Below are positions 58,201 through 64,000 of a stretch of 64,000 nucleotides of DNA, piece after piece; positions within the stretch are counted from its first letter, which is position 1, and each line of letters begins with the position of its first letter. Made by a program: the position numbers and the translations under genes. The notes below the pieces were generated by a model. The model ran no database searches. It was not told the origin of the DNA and saw only the letters and a program-made list of their open reading frames with translations. This DNA comes from an uncultured Desulfospira sp. Its GTDB lineage: Bacteria > Desulfobacterota > Desulfobacteria > Desulfobacterales > Desulfobacteraceae. The stretch is from the NCBI GenBank assembly GCA_963663165.1, contig OY760175.1, positions 4,480,001 through 4,544,000 of the forward strand, written 5' to 3'.

Positions 58201-61200
58201 GGACTCTTTGGGGGCCACACTCAAGATCTCGCCGTAATAGGCCGTATCGATCAGGGTGATCTCCCTGCTGGTCTTAACCCCTTCCATTTCCACCTGCTGG
58301 GCGTCCCCGATACTGTAATAAATGCTGCTGATCTCAAGAATCAGTGACAGTTCATCGGGGGCACCGGACGGGACCCCAATACTCATGGCCTTGGATTCAA
58401 AGGTGCTGCCGGCATCAATCCGGGCAACCGTAAGGCCGTTGGAAAGACAGACCACGTTGCCGCCAAAGGTCTGGGTGTAAGATCCCGTGGCAAGAGTATT
58501 GCCGTCTTGGTCGGTCAGATACAGGGTGATGTCGGCTGATGCACTGCCACCGGATTGGGCCGTAACGATTTCAATCTGCTCATCTCCGGTGTTTTCCAGG
58601 GTAAAGACGATCTCTCCTGAAGTGCCCCGGACAAACTCGTCATTGGTAAAGGAAAGCTTGAGCATGCCGGTGCCCACTTCGATCTCAGCGTTGGTTTCAA
58701 TGAGCACCGTTTCGCCGTCATTGGGCTCAATTTCAATGACGGTTTTAAGGGCTGCCGTGTCCGGCAGATCACTGTATCCGCCGATCACCACGGACACGGT
58801 TCTCGATTCTCCGGCACCCAGGTCAAAGGCCTCTGAAACGTGTTCATAGCTTTCCACGGTTACCCGTAACACGGCATCTTCCACGACCGAAGTGCCGCTG
58901 TTGGTCACGGTATAAGAAAGGCGGTTCATAAGCCCCCGCTTAAGACCGGCACCTTCGGGCAGCGCCGCAATCAACGCAGGCAGGACTATGCTTCGGCCAA
59001 GACTTTCCTCATTGTTGTTGTCCACGGCAATGACCGTGTAACGCCGGTCATTTTTGTCGTATCCGCTGTCCGTATAGGTGGACTCGGTCAACTGTCCGGT
59101 GTTCAGCCGGGTGAGGCTGTCCTTTGCACCCAGGTAAATATTGAACCCGGAAATGGTGGACCCCGAATGGGCCCAGGTAATCACCGGGTTCTCTTCATCC
59201 ACCCGGGTCACGGTTAAATCGTTCACCGGCAGCAGGTCAAAGTTAAGATAAGGACTGTTGGACGGGGCTGATTCGTTGCCCACGGCATCAACGGCGGTGA
59301 CCGCATAACGGTGACAGGTATCCGACGGGTTGGTATCCATGGCCGTGACATCTTCAATACCGGTCCGTATGGGGGTCAGCCCTTCCACGGAAGTGATTTC
59401 GACCGTATCGGCCCGGTATAGGGAATAGGTGACGGCTTCGGTATAGGCCGGGGCCGTCCAGGCGGACTGGATGCCCTGGGCGGTGAGTTCAAGGGCCAGA
59501 TCCGTGGGGGCCCCCGGAGCCGTAGCGTCGGATTCAACCTCAATGGAGGCACTTTTGCCGCTTTCAGCCGTCTGGCCATTTTCATTTCTAAGGCTTGCCA
59601 CGGCATAGGTATAGGTGCCGTCCAGGCCGGGGTTGTCCGTATATTCAGTGTCCGCTTCCAGGGTGACCAAAAGGGTTAAGCCAGATTCTCCCGGTGCCTG
59701 CCGGTAGAGCACATAGCCGGATGCCAGGTCAACCTCATCCCAGGAAAGTTTGATGTCGCCTGCAGCCAGGGATGTCCCGGAAAGATTTGTCGGGGCATCC
59801 AGCGGGGGCAGGTCTCCCTGGTAGATCTGGAAGGCGTTGTCTGCGGTAATTTCATCGGAAGAGTTGTCCAGATCATCCACGGCGGAATAGATAAATTCAA
59901 GGGTCTGGGCCCCGGTCAGGCCGGCATCACCGGGCAGGGTAAACACGGCCTGGAAGGATTGGGCATGGCCGTCTTGGGTCTCTATAAGACTGATGTCGGT
60001 AATCGCAATGGCGGTCCCATCTCCCCCTGAGAGCAGATAAGAGAGGACAGGTGTCTCACCGTCTTTGACCTCCTCATCAAGGCCCAGGACCACGGTCAGC
60101 TCAACCGGTTCGGTTTCGTCGTTCTTTACAGGTGAGTCCGGTTCCATCCGGATGTCGATAAGAGACGGGCCTTCAGTGTCAATTTCCACGGACCCGCCTG
60201 AAGATATGGTATCCCCCCGGTTCCCGGCGTCATCCCTTGCCGAGAATACGGCATAGGCCGTCCCTGTGGGCGCGCTGGATTCAATGACAAACAACCCGGT
60301 GTAGACCAGATCCGATGCCTGATCCAGATCGATGGTCATGGGGGTGGCCCCCAGGGGATTGATGCTCAAAAAGGGCGTGGCGGCAAGGGGTTCACTCACG
60401 GTCAGGGTCAGGTAAACCATCCCCGGTCCCATGCGGCCGGTATCTGAATCATATGCCCCCTGGGGAGCGTATTCAATGGACACCGCCTGGGGCGCTGCCC
60501 GGTCGGATGTCCCGGCAGCCAGGGCGGACAAGGCGCTTTCATTTCCGGCATAATCCACGGCCGTGACGCCATAGTAATACTGTCCATCCTCATCGGGAAG
60601 GTCTGTCAGGGCGGTTGCCGTGATCAGATTCGTGTTAAGGACTTGCGCCCCGCCGGTTGTTTCAAAGGATGCCGTCGACCGGTACAGGTTATACCCTTCA
60701 ACGGTGCTGTTAAGGGGCTTGAGCCAGCTCAATACCACGGTGCCCGATGTGCCGGAGGAAGCCTCCAGGTGGGTGGGGCTGTCCGGGATGTCCGTATCCA
60801 GGGTGACGGTGACCGCCGTACTTAAAGGCCCTTCTCCTGCCCTGTTCCGGGCTTTCACCTGGATGCTGTTCTCTCCTTCTGACAGGACGGCCTCAAGGCT
60901 GAAGCTTCCGTTCGCTCCTGCCGCAGTCCAGCTGCCGGTTTCAGCCCCGTTCAGGTAAACCATAACATCGGCAAGGGCCTGGGCCGTTCCCGATATGGTA
61001 ATGGATGGGTCATTGACCAGTTCGCCGCTGGCCGGCGCGGTAATTACCGGTGCCGGGGGCAGCGGCAGGGCCACGGTGACGGTGGTGGAGACCGTGGTGG
61101 TGTTCCCTAAAGTGTCGTAGGCCGTAATCTGGATGGTAAACGAGCCGTCATCAGCGGTAAGGATGTCCCATTGGCATGTGTAATTTGATCCGCTGGTGTC

Positions 61201-64000
61201 GGAAAACACGGTCCCGTTGATCAGGAACTCAACCCGGGATACCCCGCTTTCATCGGATGCATTGCAATTGATGGTGGCTGTACTGTCCACTGTCATGCCG
61301 CTGGTAAGGGGTTCGCCGTTCAATGTGATGTTGGAAATCACAGGGCCAAAGGAATCCATCCGGGGGGTGGCCGGAACGGCTGTTACGCCATTCTGGTCCT
61401 CGCCGCCGGACAGGTTCACCGTTGTCACGGTAAAATAGTAAGTTGTGCCGTTGGCAAGTCCAGCGATGCTTGCCGATGTGCCGGCCGTGGTCAGCACCGG
61501 CGACATGCCCTCAACACTGTCGAAACTTCCGGTGCTCTTGTAAATACGGTAAATTTTAACGTATTCCGATGGTTGTGCCGCACTCCAGGAAAGGGTGATC
61601 CGGCCGTTGAGTTCTTCAATGGTGTGAATACTTGGGTTTTCCATAACCGTGTAGGCGGTCACGGATGCCCCCGAACTTTCATTGCCGCTGGTATCTACGG
61701 CCGTGATTTTAAATGAATAGGCCGTAGAAGACGCAAGGCCGGTTGCTTCATATTGATTTTCATTTTTGGAAAGGGTTACGGCCTCGCCATTGTTGAAATA
61801 GATCAGGTAATGGGAAAGGTCTCCCGTGGTATCAGCGGAGTGATCCCAGGTAAAGGCCAGGCTGTCGGAACCGCTTTTGACCGAAATATTGGTTACATCT
61901 TCAGGGGCATTCTGGATGATAAAGGAACGAACCGCCGGGGTGGCGTCTTCATTGCCCGAATCATCTTTTGTCTTGACCCTGAACACATGCTCCCCGTCGG
62001 CAAGGCCGGTATATTGAATACTGGTATCCGTTGAATATGCCGTCCAGTCATTATCATCCAGCTGGGTGGCATAGGTCAGCAGCCACTGGACATTATCTTC
62101 CCCTGACCAGCTAAAGCCTGCCGTGTTGGTGTACAGAATTTCCCCATCGGCAGGGCCGGAGGAAATGGTGGTTTCCGGCGGGTCCGTATCCAGCAGGGTT
62201 GAAAACGAGGTTTCATCAGAATAATCGGTCCAGCTGCCCCGGCTGTCCAGGTAGCGGACCTGCCAGTAATAGGTCGTGTCAAGGGCCAGGGTCCCGTAGG
62301 AGAGGGTGATGGCGGTCAGGTCCGTGGCGGTCTCTTTAAAAAAGACAGGGTCGTCATAAGAACCGTCAGCTGAACGGACCTGCCATTGGGTGGAGGTGTG
62401 GGTATCCTCCGGGTCCGCATCCTGGAACGTAGATGCCGTCAGGGTCACGTTGGGGTTAATATCTTCGTCCCCGTCTGCCGGGGTTAAATTTACAGGCGGG
62501 TCTGCCCGGTTGTTTTCAAAGGTAATGGTGATGGTATCTGCAGGACTTTCATTGCCGGACCCATCCAGGCTGGTGACGGTGAAAACATGGTCGCCAATGG
62601 AAAGCTCGGCCTCATAGGACCAGGTGGTGCCGCCCGGAGTATAGATGACGCCCTCTTCAGAGCCATTGACCAGGATGGCCGCTGCATCTTCCGTGCAGGT
62701 GCCTTCCAGAACAAAGGAGGCCGACTGAACGGTCATGTCGCCGCCGGCATTGGTGGTAATGGCCGGGGCCCCGGCCGGTGTGGTATCAAGGGTAATGATG
62801 ATCAGGGTCCTGCCGCTGGGGGTATCGGTCCCGTCTAAGGCCTGGACGTAAATATAGTTGTGCCCTTCTGCCAGTGAAACAGCCGCTTGCCAGGTTGTTT
62901 CACCGGATAAATAGGTCACATTGTCTTCTGTATCGTTAACCAGAATCCGGGCCGTTTCTGAAGGGCAGGTCCCTTCCAGTACTATATTTGCGTCACTGGT
63001 GGTAAAATCAATACCGGTATTGGTGGTAATGATGGGATTGGCATACCCCGGGATATAGATGGTGCCGTCTTCGCCGGTTTCATTTCCGTTGGCACCTGAG
63101 ACCGTCACATGTTCAAGAATCTCATCGCCGGGGGAAAGGGTAAAATAATTGAGGGCGATCCTTCCGCCGGCCCCGCCGCCACCGCTGTAGTATCCGGTGC
63201 CGCCATTGGCTGAGATATACCCTGATCCGGTAATGCCCCAGGCCGTGATGTAAATGGAACCACCGGAGCCCCCGCCGGTATACCCGTATCCATTATAGCC
63301 GTTGGCCCCGTTGGCCAGGATATTTCCATTCAGGTTGACGGTCCCGCCGACGGTCAGCCTGAGGGCGCCGCCGCCGGCACCGCCGTCACGGTCGTAATAG
63401 GTGTTGTTGCCGCCGCCGCTGCCCAAAGTGGTCGGTTCAACATTGTCGCCATAACTCGGGCCGCCGTCGGCATATCGCCCGCTGCCGCCCTGTCCGCCGT
63501 GTCCGGCACCACCGGTGCCGGAAGAACCGGCATAATCATCTCCCTGGCCCGGGCCTTCTCCGCCGGCATATCCTTTTTCACTGACATCAATGCTGGCGCC
63601 TGATTCAATATTGATATCCCCGGTTACAGTCAGGTTTAAGGTGTATTCCTGATCACTTTCGTTGGCGCGGTGGGAAAGCGTGGTATCTTCGCTGATTGTC
63701 AGGGTTGTCATGGAAATCGAGCCGGTCTGCTCCAAAGAAATCTTACAGCGGCCCCGGACGATTATCTCGCCATAGTCACCGGAGACGGGCGTTATTCCGC
63801 TGGTCATATCGTTGGCCAGGAGTAAATCCGACAGGCTGTTTTTTGATGATTTTAGGTAGATGGTGCCTGCTCCGCCGTTTTTATACCCGGACCTGCCATA
63901 AGCGGACATGACAATTTGAGAGTCAAGGGTATCGTAGTAAACGGCAATCCTTCCGCCGGCCCCGCCGCCGCCGCTGTAGTAGCCGGTGCCGCCATTGGCT
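52288..64000 (-). CDS. Giant Ig/FN3-repeat RHS (YD-repeat) protein, 5'-truncated (>3900 aa)
   Basis: Frame is open to the window edge. Gly-rich GGGSGG/GGRIA repeats, many FN3/Ig domains, carboxypeptidase-regulatory-like domain, Cys-rich linker, DUF6531-like plug, YD repeats, core PGQYFDEESGLHYNYARYYDP..GRY...DPIG and NPVNKIDPFG, then a 145-aa C-terminal domain. Confidence 0.95.
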   Translation of the reverse strand, partial: ANGGTGYYSGGGGAGGRIAVYYDTLDSQIVMSAYGRSGYKNGGAGTIYLKSSKNSLSDLLLANDMTSGITPVSGDYGEIIVRGRCKISLEQTGSISMTTLTISEDTTLSHRANESDQEYTLNLTVTGDINIESGASIDVSEKGYAGGEGPGQGDDYAGSSGTGGAGHGGQGGSGRYADGGPSYGDNVEPTTLGSGGGNNTYYDRDGGAGGGALRLTVGGTVNLNGNILANGANGYNGYGYTGGGSGGSIYITAWGITGSGYISANGGTGYYSGGGGAGGRIALNYFTLSPGDEILEHVTVSGANGNETGEDGTIYIPGYANPIITTNTGIDFTTSDANIVLEGTCPSETARILVNDTEDNVTYLSGETTWQAAVSLAEGHNYIYVQALDGTDTPSGRTLIIITLDTTPAGAPAITTNAGGDMTVQSASFVLEGTCTEDAAAILVNGSEEGVIYTPGGTTWSYEAELSIGDHVFTVTSLDGSGNESPADTITITFENNRADPPVNLTPADGDEDINPNVTLTASTFQDADPEDTHTSTQWQVRSADGSYDDPVFFKETATDLTAITLSYGTLALDTTYYWQVRYLDSRGSWTDYSDETSFSTLLDTDPPETTISSGPADGEILYTNTAGFSWSGEDNVQWLLTYATQLDDNDWTAYSTDTSIQYTGLADGEHVFRVKTKDDSGNEDATPAVRSFIIQNAPEDVTNISVKSGSDSLAFTWDHSADTTGDLSHYLIYFNNGEAVTLSKNENQYEATGLASSTAYSFKITAVDTSGNESSGASVTAYTVMENPSIHTIEELNGRITLSWSAAQPSEYVKIYRIYKSTGSFDSVEGMSPVLTTAGTSASIAGLANGTTYYFTVTTVNLSGGEDQNGVTAVPATPRMDSFGPVISNITLNGEPLTSGMTVDSTATINCNASDESGVSRVEFLINGTVFSDTSGSNYTCQWDILTADDGSFTIQITAYDTLGNTTTVSTTVTVALPLPPAPVITAPASGELVNDPSITISGTAQALADVMVYLNGAETGSWTAAGANGSFSLEAVLSEGENSIQVKARNRAGEGPLSTAVTVTLDTDIPDSPTHLEASSGTSGTVVLSWLKPLNSTVEGYNLYRSTASFETTGGAQVLNTNLITATALTDLPDEDGQYYYGVTAVDYAGNESALSALAAGTSDRAAPQAVSIEYAPQGAYDSDTGRMGPGMVYLTLTVSEPLAATPFLSINPLGATPMTIDLDQASDLVYTGLFVIESSAPTGTAYAVFSARDDAGNRGDTISSGGSVEIDTEGPSLIDIRMEPDSPVKNDETEPVELTVVLGLDEEVKDGETPVLSYLLSGGDGTAIAITDISLIETQDGHAQSFQAVFTLPGDAGLTGAQTLEFIYSAVDDLDNSSDEITADNAFQIYQGDLPPLDAPTNLSGTSLAAGDIKLSWDEVDLASGYVLYRQAPGESGLTLLVTLEADTEYTDNPGLDGTYTYAVASLRNENGQTAESGKSASIEVESDATAPGAPTDLALELTAQGIQSAWTAPAYTEAVTYSLYRADTVEITSVEGLTPIRTGIEDVTAMDTNPSDTCHRYAVTAVDAVGNESAPSNSPYLNFDLLPVNDLTVTRVDEENPVITWAHSGSTISGFNIYLGAKDSLTRLNTGQLTESTYTDSGYDKNDRRYTVIAVDNNNEESLGRSIVLPALIAALPEGAGLKRGLMNRLSYTVTNSGTSVVEDAVLRVTVESYEHVSEAFDLGAGESRTVSVVIGGYSDLPDTAALKTVIEIEPNDGETVLIETNAEIEVGTGMLKLSFTNDEFVRGTSGEIVFTLENTGDEQIEIVTAQSGGSASADITLYLTDQDGNTLATGSYTQTFGGNVVCLSNGLTVARIDAGSTFESKAMSIGVPSGAPDELSLILEISSIYYSIGDAQQVEMEGVKTSREITLIDTAYYGEILSVAPKESYGDEDIEITGRAVDRNDGEPLAQVPLTLVITINGFEKIIDVYTVSDGSFSYAFDPIDGVYGEYQVCAVHPDLSDRPVQARFSIIEQGSTAINFTPATYNLTALRNYEYDIPVTVTAGNAAQATHLEFVYDASDQDGQTLPTGIHVDTGEVVSSLGAGGTQTMTVTVWADNTADEDDTVVLRLVSDETADEGIGTLTVNIKCVEPDSSDAGPVLSYSPSYVETGLALDDSASETLTLENKGFSELADLSVELINTDGTAAPDWVVLNLPSDQGSIDVGESVELTLMFYPTEDTVEEGEYDFYIQVAGSNCDTANILVHAAVTGSGIGNVLFKVSDIYTATIDAETGEMIQGLSGAALTFQNETVTSISYSGSTDEYGEILLSDLPTGRYKYYLTADNHDQVTGRVWIKPGITVTEDVFMSYNLVSVEWTVTETTIEDKYEIVLSATYETDVPAAVVIADPASITLPDMEPGDVLLGEIRFTNYGLIRADEIEFALPESDQYFKYEFLASIPESIGAKESITVPYRVTCLSSLSGEDEGAGGSCFTYTKSTCLWYLYVCSNGTSYEDVRCVVFTHAMGDCSGDDGIGGVGSGSSTGTGSTGTGGSTGSGSGGWWGGVSGRLFTGSSGSGYTPSDSIPDGVVCTPVAVCEVTDECCKTRAREMVGSYVDLMNGEYEDDVADMSLKIPGDTLSVHRYYYDQTWHFSDTGMGLEFNYDVDASVPESITKDGVDYEKSDTAGTVYTYDKVKTITRDDEGYLWKDKVGSWIRYDLDGKILSRGSQDRTSFSYVYDEDDPDLLVHIVDSLGDTVLWYEYDPDGRVLLVRDGDGRQVSYQYTSGQLTTVTDLLGNEFYYTYDSDGRMTSKTDQAGRTTQMEYNSFGWISAIIDPNGNRTEYSYAQGDSQSELYNMITYPNGRIKETWYDELGRVTRVDLNGTTMEESVYENRKRYKTDERGHTTTYEFDEWNQLIKKTYPDGSTEETEYDPDTKLKVKRTERNGTVATYEYDDHGNITQRILAPGTDDEITYQFTYDSDGNQLTQRILGDDNTLESLTVMTYDEYGNMASITDPEGHTTRYTYNSLGMPLTREDPLGGTWTYVYDVDGSILEETDPLGNTVTYEYDAVGNQIKQTDAMGGEYEYAFDGKDRLIRQTNPSGQTTVYELNFEGKVLQDTDPEGRYLTYEYDKLGRLISKSNSAGKQVTYEYDEESAVGCSSCSAGSTGEPSLIRYPHLLLHQVYDSLGRKIEDIYKSEEGETLRERLTEYNDMDSISAVTDQNGLTTAYEYNGVGRKVAEVRPDGSRIEYAYDDRKNLISLTDANGHVTRFQYDRNNRMTAEIRPDEKTTTYEYDANGNLARKTNARGQVAEYDYNAVNKPVKVRYYENSSAGTPEKTLTLSYNKAGQLTDYTDGQISVHYEYDQSHRKISETVNYGAFSTTYQYDYYGNGLKKGYTGPDGTAYGYTYTQDNRIESITIPGAGTISYNDYEWTSPNTVLLPGGTRKEFEYDTFYRTTGIAVKDPGENPVMNQSFEYDQELNITSISTSTGTTAYNYDDQYHLVSATRPSGETISYTLDPMGNRLSQTGTTGDWEYNDNDQLTAYADTTVTYDADGNMATKTTGTETFEYTYDFENRLVQITSDLQGVMAAYSYDPFGRRISKTVDDETTYFGYADEGLTAEYNDKGEILKSYGYVPGAKGSIDPVFVKIGAAYYFYHNDTVKKPVKITDMAGAVVWSAVYDEYGKASVDEGSTIVSNLRLPGQYFDEESGLHYNYARYYDPDTGRYLETDPIGMGNRPDAGEHLTGKSCAGSFSDVDINYYLYADANPVNKIDPFGTFSFSGGVKGSLGCIPLGPIAPAGIKISGKLQFTRCCNCDTKQMEWKTTIEACIHGCIGVSLPSLKKIGKVEGTKCCPTSPEWSASLKASCSGFGITCSVSYTVKSFPSGKFAYGCKTVGVSLGMTDAITKGPSCSAGGCASVSF

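Overview
A chromosomal window whose gene content and intergenic repeats suggest a sulfate-reducing Desulfobacteraceae-like organism (inference). In order: an MFS fragment, an alpha/beta hydrolase, a TonB receptor plus methyltransferase behind an attenuator-like leader, and a yefM-yoeB toxin-antitoxin pair. Then a complete speA/CASDH/nspC/speB polyamine operon and a sigma54-driven 66-aa gene followed by a structured 3' region rich in anti-Shine-Dalgarno motifs. Next, a divergent XpaC-like/TelA/DUF4178/lipoprotein/DUF350/membrane SpeE operon; an RpiR-regulated carbamoylase/glutamine synthetase/Liv-ABC/PrpD operon whose binding protein is frameshifted; and dnaN-gyrB. These are followed by a periplasmic-sensor kinase with His->Arg at the phosphoacceptor, ghrA, and an ADP-forming acyl-CoA synthetase/ECH/DUF35/thiolase operon behind a 31-bp tandem array. 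The last part holds a dockerin-tagged protein, a ParD-like/zeta-like pair, a KaiC-like/XRE/cupin regulator, and a stand-alone FMN glutamate-synthase-like gene. The window ends in a giant (>3900 aa, 5'-truncated) Ig/FN3-RHS protein with a Cys-rich basic C-terminal cargo and no immunity gene, coupled to a 1399-aa dockerin-bearing secreted partner. Several families of short palindromic dispersed repeats occur. No rRNA, tRNA, CRISPR array or transposase was seen. The best candidates for undescribed systems are the RHS/dockerin pair, the sigma54 small-protein plus anti-SD RNA locus, and the TelA-polyamine envelope operon. All family calls come from motif recognition, not database searches.
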